From assembly GCF_006345805.1 (NCBI RefSeq), contig NW_021832174.1, positions 1-31,730 on the forward strand: DNA of 31,730 nucleotides, in the 5' to 3' direction. A program made the translations under genes and the position numbers. Below, piece after piece: positions 10,012 to 21,680 of the stretch (positions within the stretch are counted from its first letter, which is position 1; each line of letters begins with the position of its first letter). Source of the stretch: Octopus sinensis. Its lineage: Eukaryota. The notes below the pieces were generated by a model, which ran no database searches, had not been told where the DNA came from, and worked only from the letters and a program-made list of their open reading frames with translations.

Positions 10012-12804
10012 CCACAGGTAAAGTAAATGACATTTTAAGATTGATTAAAACAGAAAACAGTGAAACAAACCAGCTAATCATGGCTGCTGCTAATGTCGTA
10101 GGTAAGGTAGTAGTATAAAAGCGAAACACTGAAGACGTAAATTCAAATGAAAAGAATCAGTGTGGAGGAAGAGAACGCGAATGAAGCTGGGAAAGACACG
10201 GAAAGAACTGGGGCAAATGAATGGGACAATGAGAGATCTCAGAAATAAGATAGTTATCAGAAAATTGAATGGACAGTGCAGGTTAGAAGAAAGGGGAAAA
10301 CAAGCAGTACATGAAGAATTGACACAAAAGGTGGCAGCATTAAAGGCCAAATTGAAACGATATGACGCCAGATGCAAAGGTTTCGAAAAGAATAGACTGT
10401 TCTAATAAAATAGAAGGTGTTCATTTGAGGAAATGGAGTGGGGCCAACACCAGGAACTATTTCCAGATGCGGAAGAAAGTAAAGAATTTAGGGGATGGCT
10501 GTGGAACAGGCCGGCGAAACATAAAGAAAGCATGGAGCGGCTAACAAAGGTAGGAAGACAACTTGCAACTGTATCAAGACAAAAGGACACCAGAATTAAT
10601 CTATATACAGTGAGACAGAAGTTTAAAAAAGTAGCAAATTGGAAAGTATCAGACCCGGTTGGAGTACAAGGTTATTGGCTGAAGAACTTTACACAGTTAC
10701 ATGAAAGGATATTTGTGCAACTGGATGAGTGCCTGCAGCAAGGTCACGCCCCTGCCTGGGTGACGAGCGGACAAACGCTGTTATACCTCAAGTATCCTTT
10801 GAAAGGGAACTTGCCATCAAATTTTCAACCTATAACCTATTTACCACTAATATGGAAGCTTGGCGGAAGAGTTATACAACTATCTAGAAAGTAACAATCT
10901 ACTTCCAGAACTGAAAGGATGTAGGAAACAAAGTAGGGCAACAAAAGATCACTTATTAGTTGATGAAATGATAATTAAAAATTGTAGACGCAGGTTGACG
11001 GGACTGAATGTAGCATGGCTAGATTACAAAACAGCATATAACATAACACCTCACATTTGGATAAGTAAAACAACGAGGATATTTGGAATAGCAAAAAGCA
11101 TGGAGAAAATGCTTAAATGAAAGTATGAAACATTGGAATACTGAATTGATCGGAGGAAAACAAAAACTCGGAAAAGTGAACACCAAACGTGGAATATTCC
11201 AAGGTGATTGCTTATCTCCATTACTATTCGTATTGGCCATTGACACTGCTCACTATGATACCACGAAAAGTTAAAACTGCTTACGATTTGGGAAAAGGAA
11301 ATGGTCAGATAAATCATCTCCTTTTCATGGATGATGTAAAGGTTGACGCGAAAAATAAGAAACAGCTTGAAGCAGCTTGTACATACTATCCACATTTTCT
11401 CAAATAATGTAGGTATGGAATTTGGGATAGAAAAGTGCGCTATATTGAAATTGAAACGAAGAAAATTTGAAAGAAAGAAGCCAAAGAATTGGCACACAAT
11501 GAGAGCGGTTGAGAAAGGACAGTAGTATAAGTACTTGGGAATACTGGAAGTAGACGAGATTAAAAAAAATTAAGAAATGAAACGAATTACCAGTAGGAAG
11601 TACACGAGGAGAGTAAGGAAATTATTGCAGTTAAAACTGAATTCCAAAAATCTTTTTGAAACAATAAATTCAAGAGCAGTACTCTTAATCAGTTATGGCG
11701 TTGGAATTATAGACTAGACCAAAAACAATGTAAAGTGACTTGACAGAAAAACTAGGAAGTTGTTGATGTATGGAGCCCACCATCCGAAAGCGGATAACAA
11801 CCGGCTGTACTTGAGGAGAGACCAGGATGGAAGAGACTTAATAACTGTAAAAGAGTGTGTATAGATTGAAAGAAAAAGCCTAGTAGAGTATTTCCAGAGC
11901 AGCACAGAAAAATACTAAATACAGTTAATAAAGAACAGGTAATGAGAACAGGTAGTAAGAGAAAAGGACAAGAATGAAATATAAAGAGAGCACGTCAGGT
12001 AGATCGAAGAGAAACCTCTACATGGCCAACTTTGGAGAGCCACTGAAGACATATGTGGAACAAAATCCTGGGCTTGGTTAAAAATTGGTGGGGGGGCAAT
12101 TAGAAGAAGAAACAGAACCTAGTTGTAGCAGCCGAAGATCAAGTGATAAAAACAAACAACTTGAGAAAAAATATACATGGAGAGAATGTGTCAGAAAAAT
12201 GTAGAGCCTGTGGAACTTGGAATGAGACAGTGGTACACATTATGGCAGAATGCCCCCAAGTTGGCGCAGGAAGAATATAAAAAATGGTTGTAAAAGTCTT
12301 ACACTGAAAACTGTGTCAGAAATGGGGATTTGAAGTTGGAAACGCATGGTACAATTATCGAGTCGAAAGAGCGCTGCAGTGGGAGGAATGTAACATTTTT
12401 TGGAACTTTCCTATTCAAACGGAAAGAAATTAAAAAATAATACACTAGACATAACAGTTATAGATAAGGAAAAGCGAAGTTGCTTACTTATCGACTCATC
12501 ATGCCCGTAAAGAAAGAGGAAGAAAAAAAATACAATCCCTTAAAATTTGAAATAGAAAGAAATTAGAGCATGCGAACTGTGAAGGTTGTGCCTATAATAA
12601 TTGGTGCGTTGAGAACAGTAAGCAAAGATATAGACAAATGGCTGAAGGATATTGAAATAAAATGCCTGGTAGAGACCCTACAGAAAGTTTGTCTCTTAGA
12701 ATTATCAGGAAGATTATAAGCACTTGAAAGGCTGCTCAAAACTTACGGATACCCAAGGTACATAAATCCTACCAGGAATAAGACCGAACGTGAGCCAAAC
12801 CAAA
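10012..12804 (+). mobile_element. 5'-truncated, decayed R4/Dong-type non-LTR retrotransposon, family b (RT, CCHC, RLE)
   Basis: RT motifs NFQPITYLPLIWK, AWLDYKTAY, RGIFQGDCLSPLLF, FMDD (11324-11335), GMEFGIEKCA and YKYLG. Knuckle CRACGTWNETVVHIMAEC at about 12200-12253 and RLE-like NTLDITVID..LLIDSSCP. Many stops and frameshifts; (TAA)n at both ends. Confidence 0.92.
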
Positions 12805-12828
12805 ATAATAATAATGATAAAAACAGCA

Positions 12829-12893
12829 ATGCTAATAAACCAGATATTACTGTGAAAGATCACCAAAACAATAAAGTTTGTTTTTGATTGATT
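12829..12893 (+). mobile_element. Short internal fragment of the R4 family a RLE region
   Basis: aataaaccagatattactgtgaaagatcaccaaaacaataaagtttgtttttgattgat aligns to about 8693-8747 (NKPDI.VKD..NNKVC.LID). Confidence 0.75.
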
Positions 12894-12954
12894 GTTTATT
12901 GATTATTGTGATGATAAGAATAACAACAATGGTAATAATGATAATAATAATGGT

Positions 12955-13082
12955 TGCAAATTTTCAACAAGGCCGGCAATATTGGTTTCAAATTTTGGCA
13001 CTAGTGCTCAACTGGTACGGAATACGAAATACCATTAAGCATTTTGGTCCGCATGTTAACTATTCTGCCAGTCTCTCACCTT
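12955..13082 (-). mobile_element. SINE family A, heavily deleted
   Basis: cgaaataccattaagcatttt...ttaactattctgccagtct resembles the reverse complement of the family A head. Confidence 0.55.
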
Positions 13083-13689
13083 ATTAGATATGATGATATT
13101 TAACGTTATAAACACCAGTTTGAAACACACAAGCTAATCAGAGTCACTGATGGATCTCGAACGTATATTTTTCTCTTGCTAAGTGATTATTACAGAACGA
13201 CCGCTATTCCATCACCTGATATCAGAAAATATAATTTGTCGTAACTGTTTTAACTGTATTATTTTATCTCCATAAGATAATTCATCAGTTACTTAGTGCT
13301 AGCAGGATATGTTACTTTACAGATCTATCTTTACTGTCCTAAATTAGAACTTGTCATTTACATGCAAAAATTTTAGTAATTTGTAATCTAATTAGCAGAC
13401 ATTGGTGTCAGTTCTCTATAGGCTTCCCTTTGCCAAGCTAATAAATCATCAAATAATTGTTGGTCTTCTATCACAATAAGCTTTCACGACAAAAACAAAT
13501 TGTTAATATTTCATTTGTTGCCGATGTTGCTGATACTGTTGCTCTTGTTATTAAGACTATTATACTTACGTGCACAGACACACACATACATACACATACG
13601 CACACATGCATGTGCGTATTACGTACTGAGTCTACTGTAAGCAAGGCAATATTTAGACATGTTTTATATGCGAGAACCTGACTGTTTTC

Positions 13690-13780
13690 TGACACACACA
13701 GATATACATACATACATGCATACATACATGCATACATACATGCATACATGCATACATACATATACACACATGTATATATG

Positions 13781-13846
<66 letters not shown>

Positions 13847-13848
13847 CG
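13690..13848. repeat. (TACA/TGCA)n, (TA)n and (TG)n microsatellites
   Basis: Direct repeat runs. Confidence 0.9.
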
Positions 13849-14050
13849 TGTTTCAGTCCTTAGATTGCGGCCATGCTGGGGACCACCTTGAAGAATACTT
13901 AGTGGAATGAATCGACCCCAGTACTTATCTTTTGTCAAGCCTGGTACTTATTCTATCGGTATCTTTTTGCCGAATGGTTAAGTTACGGAGACGTAGACAC
14001 ACCAGCACCGGTTGTCAAGCGGTGGTGGGGGAAAAACGCAGGCACAAAGA
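13849..14050 (-). mobile_element. SINE family B, 3' half
   Basis: Reverse complement of the 1190-1370 segment (gcggccatgctgg, atcgacccca, tttttgccgaa, ggttgtcaagcg). Confidence 0.8.
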
Positions 14051-14081
14051 CACACACACACGCACACACGCATACACACAT

Positions 14082-14120
<39 letters not shown>

Positions 14121-14128
<8 letters not shown>

Positions 14129-14405
14129 TGTTCCTTCTCGAGCCACGATGGCTCATAGGACCGGTTTCCCGGTTTTCTTGGCGCATAGTTTCCCCACCTG
14201 GGCGGGTCGCCGGTCCCTCGCAGGTGAGCTGCAAGGTGCAGGAGGAAAGAGTTAGAGAAAGTCGTGGCGACAGAGTCAGCAGAAGTTCGCCATTACCTTC
14301 TGCCGGAGCCGCGTGGAGTTTAGGTGTTTCAGCCATAAACACACACATCGCCCGGTGTGAGATTCGAACCTGCGATCCCTTGACCGCGAGTCCACTGCTC
14401 TAATC
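14121..14405 (-). mobile_element. tRNA-derived SINE, family C, with a (CAA)-like tail
   Basis: Minus-strand A-box TAGAGCAGTGG (14392-14402), B-box GGTTCGAATC (14361-14370), GC-rich body, and 3' end aacaaacaacaa. Confidence 0.8.
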
Positions 14406-14470
14406 ACACACACACACACACACCACACACCTCTACAGACACGACTCCACACACACACATACACACACAT

Positions 14471-14565
<95 letters not shown>
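14406..14565. repeat. (CA)n followed by (TA)n
   Basis: Direct repeat runs. Confidence 0.95.
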
Positions 14566-14567
<2 letters not shown>

Positions 14568-14761
14568 ACGGTCCTTTTGTGATACCTTAGCTAACAATAA
14601 TTTGCTAGGCTCTGGTTATTACTCACGTGAGTAAATCTGAGTGTCCTATTTAGGACTATATAATTTCCGTAGAGTAAGTAATAGTATTGATAATGATAAG
14701 GAGAACGGGTATCTTTCATATCCATAATTTCATTTATCAGTTATTTACAATATCCTTTTCT

Positions 14762-14847
14762 GAACCTACGCGCGTTTCAACCGCATCAAATGCCTACTGT
14801 TGTATATGCAACCTGGTGTCATGGCCAGTGCACTTTCATAAGGGTCC
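14762..14847 (-). ncRNA. Degenerate type I hammerhead motif (core CUUAUGA, G5 changed)
   Basis: Minus strand: ggacc-CTTATGA-aagtgca-(long insert)-tgcggtt-GAAA-cgcgcg-TA-ggttc. 5-bp stem I, palindrome ACGCGCGT, GUA triplet; probably inactive. Confidence 0.55.
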
Positions 14848-15128
14848 TTAGTCACTGCTGTATCGAAGTGAAACTGAAGGAATAAATTGTTTTTTAGGAA
14901 GTATGAGTGTTACTATTAATAGCTATAGGAATCTTGACCTAGGGTTCACCTCTACTAAATGTGGCAGGTGAAGCGAAACATATTCCTAAAAGTTTCGGAA
15001 AGAATATTCTTAGTTTAGAGGTATTCAATCAATTTTGGTTTATTTTTTTTCCTTGTTTTCACAATTGTTATTCTAATAATTTATAATTCTTATTATCATA
15101 TAAAGTGTAATGCGTTTATTTGAATTGT

Positions 15129-15832
15129 TTAAAAATAAATGTTCTTGCATCTTAGACCATGCTCCTGTTTAGTGTCTATGAGATTAAATTTAGAAGTGTG
15201 AATTTGGTTCATTTTTACTATGCATAAGTCGCATCTTTGAGACTCTACTCTATACGGTTTAGCCTTACTAATAATATCCCAGCCAACTGAATATATTTTG
15301 TTACTATCTTTCAGCGACCAAATTTACAGAGGCTTTTATAATTTTTCTTGTTTCTATTTCTGAAAGAATCTTCATGGTTAGCTATTTTTATTTGATAAAA
15401 TGTGAGCTGGTACCTATATGGAAATACTCTTTGTCTTCTGATGCAGTTTTGCACCTGTAAACCACATTTTAGATCTTACATTTGAAGTTTAAAGGACATC
15501 GTTTATTCCTTGCGCTGTCACAGGTATTAGGTCTTTTAATTCTATTATTATTTTCTATGTTGGTTTCATTCATGGTAATCTCTAACTTATTTCACCTATT
15601 TCCGGGTTATTTCTACGATTCCCATTGATGGCATTTGGGTACTGCACTTTCTAGAGTTCTTGTCTTCCCTTCCTAGTCTCTTGCTTGAGTTAGCTACGGT
15701 TGCTTCTCTTTGATTAGTGCTTCTGCTATAGCTATTTCTTGCGCTCCTAGCTTGGTCAATTGCATTAACATCGTTACTAGTCATTGCTAATCCACTATTT
15801 ACATTCGGGTTACTATCATCAGTGTTCCATGA
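15129..15832 (-). pseudogene. Penelope-like linker and GIY-YIG endonuclease remnant
   Basis: TCDSARNKRCPLNFKCKI*NVVYRCKTASEDKEYFHIGTSS / IANHEDSFRNRNKKNYKSLCKF / WSLKDSNKIYSVGWDIISKAKPYRVESQRCDLCIV..RCKNIYF*, with stops and frameshifts. Confidence 0.85.
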
Positions 15833-15961
15833 GAACACTGATGATAGTAATCGTGCTAACGATTTTGCCAGTTCGCCGACATAGCTGGCACATATGTATA
15901 TAAACATACATATTAATACTTAAGAAGTTCACAGGAAAACACTGATGGTAGTGAGTTAAAT

Positions 15962-16025
<64 letters not shown>

Positions 16026-16662
16026 CGAGTGAGTGGACAAACGAAAGAAGGGCACTTAACAAATTTATTGGGAGTTACATGTATGGATCAAAATAGTTTG
16101 AGTCAAATTTCTTGGATTCGACAAATTTGAATGAAACTGTTTTGATCCAAACACACACACACACACACACACAGACACACACACACACATATATATATAC
16201 ATATTCTAAACTTGTTTGATTATTTTGTATTTTATTTTTTAAACATTTTTTTTACTTATTTCTCTCATTTATTTTCCTACCGTAAACCTATAACAAACAC
16301 AGTTCGATTTATACTGTCCATCTATCTTCTGATACATTATCCTTTATCAATGATTTTAACCCAATATTTACCCACCAATAACCATATCGATTTATGCTCG
16401 AGCCCCCCCCCGTCCCTGTTTTGTGTGTCTACTTCTGCTAAAGAGCACTTCATTACTTAAAGGCTTCTAATTTAAAAAAAAAACGAACCAACAACCAGAG
16501 ATTTGATATATCTACCCCCAAAGGACTACCCTCCTACTTACCTATTTATTTTAAGTTAACGCACCCCTGAACTATCTCTAGCTAATTAACCTCTACCTTA
16601 AATTAAATATCACCCCTATGGCATCACCTTCTTCCTTCACGCCGAAACAGTTCAGTTATTCG

Positions 16663-16745
<83 letters not shown>

Positions 16746-16765
16746 ACTACTACTACTACTACTAC
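16663..16765. repeat. Compound (CTA)n-(CTG)n-(CTA)n microsatellite
   Basis: Direct repeat run; source of the poly-Leu ORF 16618-16857. Confidence 0.95.
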
Positions 16766-17224
16766 ATTCACCACTTGTATTTAAAAACCTTTATCAATAT
16801 CACCAGCAGCAGCACCACCACCACCGTTACCAGCCAACAGAACTACCACGATACTAACATCACTCCCACTATAACACCAATGCCGCATCCCCTGTATACC
16901 ACCACCAACATCAACAGATATAACCTCCATCATCGCCATTACCATCAACACAAACACTAACACTACAACAACAAAGACAACAAAAATAATCATCACAACA
17001 ATACATCACCACTACCACTACCACCACTATTACCATAACCCCCCCCTCGTCTTTCCCTTCTCTAAAAAAACCTTTCCAGTTTATATCCATTGTGCCATTG
17101 CAATGCCATTAGAAAATCATTGAGCGGAAATACTGTGAATTGTTCAAACCTTTGGGGCCATTTTCACTGTGTCATTGTCATTTAACGACATACTGGACAC
17201 TTAAACAACTGAACCTCTTATCAT

Positions 17225-17446
17225 TCTCACACACTCTCTCTCTTACTCTCTCTATTCTCTCTCTTCTTTCTCTCCTATTCCTCTCTCTTCTTTCTCTCCT
17301 CTTTCTTTCTCTCCTCTTTCTTTCTCCACTTTCTCTCTCTTCTTTCCCTCCTCTCTCTCTATATATGTATATATATGTACATATATGTATAATGTGTATG
17401 TATGGGTATACACACACACACATATATACATACATATATACATACA

Positions 17447-17492
<46 letters not shown>

Positions 17493-17640
17493 AATATGTA
17501 CACACATTTATACATATATTTACACACACATACACACACAATATATATATATATATATACACATATATGCATATATATTTACACACACATACATACACTC
17601 ATTCATATATACCTACCAACCTACACAAACACACATACGT
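17225..17640. repeat. CT-rich, (TACA)n and (TA)n low-complexity cluster
   Basis: Direct repeat runs. Confidence 0.9.
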
Positions 17641-18243
17641 AAATCACACAACATTCCCTTTCATTTCTTATCCTGTTCACCGTTTCTATTTTCCTCACGT
17701 TTCTTTCGTCTTCTTCATTATTTTCACCTGTTCTCTGCGGGTTGTTGTTCTTGTTTTTGTTACTCAATCCTTGATGCTGATGCTGCTAATGATTGTGATG
17801 ACTGATGGATGTCAAAAGCAAAAGAAAAAATCAAAAACAAAAAAGGAAGAAAGAAATGAAGTAAACCCAGTAGTTTTGTTTTCCCTCTTCAAGAGAGACG
17901 TCAGCTTTTTATTTGTCCTGTCGACTCAATATGAGGGCCATTTTGTGGAGTAGGTTTCGGCTTCTCAACACTCTTAATAACAGGGTTATTGGAAAACTAA
18001 AGATATTTGAAAACAAAGGGGAATCTATCTTCTAGAAGATTCCACACTGAAAAAAAATGTTAAAAAAAAACCTAAACAATGTTCATTCAGCAATCTATTG
18101 TAATATTTAGGACATAAATCACTTTTAAGTTTGCTTCTATAGATTTTCTAGAGAATTCAGAGCTAACACTGCATGTTAAAACGTTTCGTAAACGAATAAC
18201 TTTATGTAAACCTTGCGATCGAAGATGGAGAAAACAAGCAATA

Positions 18244-18288
18244 GGTGTATATACATATTTCAAGAGTAATTGTTCTTTCATCAGCACC
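18244..18288 (-). ncRNA. Minimal type I hammerhead ribozyme motif with canonical core
   Basis: Minus strand: ggtg-CTGATGA-aaga/acaattac/tctt-GAAA-tatgtata-TA-cacc. 4-bp stem I, 4-bp stem II, near-palindromic stem III ATATGTATAT, AUA triplet. Confidence 0.75.
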
Positions 18289-18399
18289 ACATTCAACCTG
18301 TCACCTATCCATGAATATATTTCTAAAAAGCCCACTAGGTTTAGCGGTATCACGCTATTGGATAGACCAATTTAAATATACTCCTGGCAATTGGTACGT

Positions 18400-18616
18400 A
18401 CATATTGATTTCAAATTTTGAAGCAAGGTCAGCAGTTATGGAGAAGGAGGCTTGTCGATTACATCGACCTCAGGGCTCAATTGCTACTTGTTTTATGGAC
18501 CCCGAAAGGATTAACAGCAAAGTTGACCTCGGCAGAATTTGAACTTAGAACGAGAAGACTGACGAAATGCCGCTAAGCATTTTGTCTGGCGTGCTAACGA
18601 TTCTGCCAGTTCGCCG

Positions 18617-18617
<1 letters not shown>
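18400..18617 (-). mobile_element. SINE family A
   Basis: Full-length reverse complement of the family A head, central domain and tail. Confidence 0.85.
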
Positions 18618-18652
<35 letters not shown>

Positions 18653-18677
18653 ACGCACACACACACAGACATATATA

Positions 18678-18884
18678 TATTCTTTTCTACTCCAGGCAAA
18701 AAGCCCGAAATTTTTGGAGAGGGAACCAGTCGATTAGATCGACTACAGTATGCAACTGGTGCTTAATTTATCGAAAAGATGAAAGGCAAAGTCGACCTCG
18801 GCGGAATTTGAACTCAGAACGTAAAGGCAGACGAAATACTGCTAAGCCTTTCGCCCGGCGTGCTAACGATTCTGCCAGTTCGCC
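18678..18884 (-). mobile_element. SINE family A
   Basis: ggcggaatttgaactcagaacg...gtgctaacgattctgccagttcgcc. Confidence 0.88.
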
Positions 18885-19764
18885 GACATAGCTGGCACAT
18901 ATGTATTTGAACATACATATTAATACTTAAGAAGTTCACAGGAAAAATGAGTATTATGTTATTTTCCCTTTTTCTCTCTGGTTATGCCGCTACATTCCTC
19001 TATGATTCCAGCCATCCTTCCTCTCTCTCTCTTGATCTCTCATCTCCTGATAGAGTCTTTGGAGCATTGTCGTGAAATGCAGCGTATCTTTTAAACCTGG
19101 TGAAGCCCATATCTCTCTAAGCTAATAGGACTAAGAGACTAGTTGAGGTCTCTAACGTACTTTCACACATGGGCTCCAACGTGACAGCCTGTGCAGTTTT
19201 TTCTCCACAACCTATTGATTTTTTATATTGTTGTTGTTGTATTCTATTCTCATGCCAGCCTTGACCAATCATATCACTGTTTCTCATTGTTTTTTAACTT
19301 GCGGTCTATGTCTTTTCCTAAATTTATTCAAAACTTCCTTTCAATGATTCATTGCCCCACACCTCCACCACCACACTATGAGCGGACACTATAAGCGTAG
19401 ATGGTATATATTGTTCTTTCTTTGTTTCCCGCTATTCCACATTTCGAAGACTACAATTATTGTCGATGTTCTCGCTGTTATTGTTATTGTCGTTGTTTTA
19501 GCTAACAAGCAGTTTATCATAATAAACATTAAAAAATACTATTTAAATAGGAGTCAGAGATGACAACCCCTATACCAAATAAAAACAAGACGTTTCATAG
19601 ATCCATCTACTGTCCCTTACACCTCCCAATCACACACATGCAATTTTTTCTTCCACCCCTAGTGGGTGTATCACTTATTTTGAGAAACACTAGTGTGGAT
19701 GATCAAGGGATTTCAAATCAGGACCATCTTGTCTTTTTATTTTTTTAATTCAGGAATAGTTTGT

Positions 19765-20220
19765 CCTGAACTACATTCTCCACTGTATCCTTTTGTAATA
19801 CGATAGGATCTGCTTTGAGGGAAATTTGTTTGCCATTTCAGATCACTTACCTACATAGTGGCTCCATCATTGATTCAGCAATGTGCTTTCAGGTTTCAAT
19901 ATATACCACAGCGTGTGCAGATGTGGCCGCAGAGCAACAGTTGTTTTATCGCACTTCACAGTAAATTTTTACTCTAATATTCGGGAATAATCACCTACTG
20001 CTGCTGCTAGTTCTGTGTGAAATGTAGAGTTTGAGGAAATGTCATGTAGGACTGACATAATCCATAACAGACCATATTTTGAGCCTACTCTGGCGTTATA
20101 ATTTCATTCAGTTAATTAAATGTGGGGTCCTATGATTGCACAAAGTGTTTGTGCATTCTTGTTTGTTCTTTGCGGTACAGTAAATTGCTAATAGTGTTGA
20201 GGTGTGCGTGATTCGTAGTA

Positions 20221-20261
<41 letters not shown>

Positions 20262-20600
20262 TGTATGAATGTGTATGTGTGCATGTGTTTGCGTGTATGC
20301 ATATGTGTATGTAGTGCGTTTGATGTGTGCGTGGTTTCTTAATTTTGTTGAATAAGATAGTTGGTTGTATCAGTTCTTTGATGGTGCTTATAAAAATGTA
20401 ATTGTACATTTTCTTAGTTGGTTAACCTAAATATGTCCTAATCAAACTGACCTCTTGTCAAAAGCGTGCCTGTTGTGACTATTCAAGCGTATTTTCTGAC
20501 ATAGGATATTGAAGACTACATTATCCAATGTGTCCTATCTTGGTGGACACTGTTGGGTGTGATTTGAAGATGATTTGACTGCTATTACTTACAGGTAAGT
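19765..20600. repeat. Two diverged copies of an unclassified interspersed repeat (about 19765-19850 and 20508-20590)
   Basis: aactacattctccactgtatcct vs gactacattatccaatgtgtcct, and ggatctgctttgagggaaatttg vs gggtgtgatttgaagatgatttg. Confidence 0.4.
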
Positions 20601-20613
20601 TGACCACTTAGCT

Positions 20614-20872
20614 CAGTGGCTCTCATCTGGGTTCCATATAATCCTTGAAGGTCGTTATAAGATTTTATTGTTAAATTTAATGTGCAATAAGATTGGTTAT
20701 ACTTCTACAATATACAAAATATTTTAATGATTTTTTTAATACAATACCTATTGATATTTAATTATACAAATATAATATGATTAAAAAAAAAATATCGAAT
20801 GGCTAGGAGGGTCCATCTCAGTAAAATAGAAATCAAAGAGGTCCATAGGTAAAAACTGGTTGAGAAACACTG
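20614..20872. mobile_element. hAT-like MITE
   Basis: Degenerate TIRs cagtggctctcatc / ggttgagaaacactg, subterminal ggtcc motifs, AT-rich interior, and a possible decayed 8-bp TSD acttagct/atttaggg. Confidence 0.55.
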
Positions 20873-21399
20873 ATTTAGGGATTTCTCTTCTTGGCTGGAG
20901 AAGATATACGATGATTTTTTTAGGTGCTACATTTAGGGATAAGAAGCAGTGGTGCTGATGGAAGATTGGTGAAGAATTACTGAGTGAAGGAATGTCTCAA
21001 ACAAATCTTTGTGAAGGATTGACAGTGTTACTTAGGACAAAACAAGACGCTTAAGCCTCTCTTCATTAGAACACCAAGTTGAAAACGTGGTCAGGTAAAA
21101 AAAAATAGTGAAGCTTTAATTAAAGCTGGAAACATGGTTAAATAAAAAATATAGTAAAGCATCTTAATTAAAGTAGTTTTTTTTTTGTTTCAAGAGCTGG
21201 ATTCAAGCCACATTCATGGCATTGAATAAAAGAAGCCGTTTGTGGCCTCGTCTTCATTTGTCTTCTTCCATAAGAACCAGAAGCATGGATTCCGATTGCA
21301 GATGGTGAATGAAGTCTTCTGTGAAACCATTCTGTTCCAGGTTTATGCCACAATCAGATGGGTACCATAGTATTCTACGATGGCGGGGATGCTTGTGGC

Positions 21400-21605
21400 G
21401 CTAGTGATGCATGTGTGAACAGAAAGGACGATGGTGGTGTTGATGTGAATAATGAGGGTAACAATGATGGCGTGGAAGATTTGGATGGATTCCATAAAAA
21501 TGATATGGACAATACTACTTCTGTTGTTGCTGGTGATACTGATAAAGGGGAAGACTTACGTGCTGGTGAAGGTGGTCGTCATATTATTGATGCGATAGTA
21601 ATAAA

Positions 21606-21644
<39 letters not shown>

Positions 21645-21680
21645 AATGATGAGGGTGATGATGATAGTGATAATGATGAT
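21400..21680. repeat. GAT-rich low-complexity region with a (GAT)n core
   Basis: Direct repeat run at about 21607-21645. Confidence 0.85.

Larger units (their letters stand above)
14566..15850 (-). mobile_element. 5'-truncated Penelope-like element 2 (long linker, GIY-YIG, 3' region with decayed hammerhead)
   Basis: GIY-YIG remnant, same-strand downstream hammerhead motif, 3' end abutting (TA)n, and a snap-back at the 5' junction. Confidence 0.8.

Noticed and set aside
13250-13295. Minus-strand CTGATGA followed by a ttatct/agataa hairpin
   Set aside because: No GAAA after the hairpin and no valid cleavage triplet.
3660-15650. Shared TQMPS peptide in PLE 1 and PLE 2
   Set aside because: In PLE 1 it is an out-of-frame reading of the GIY-YIG codons TDSDAF, so the match is coincidental.
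18112-18380. About 90-codon stop-free plus frame with possible AG/GT splice signals, and the 88-aa minus ORF
   Set aside because: No recognisable protein, a weak donor site, and the region contains a hammerhead motif, which favours a repeat origin.
19845-19860. Strong minus-strand donor-like tag/GTAAGT
   Set aside because: It lies within an interspersed repeat and the upstream frames contain stops.
21190-21360. Possible small host exon after a T-rich tract
   Set aside because: All frames give short unrecognisable peptides and splice sites are weak; it cannot be supported without RNA-seq or homology.
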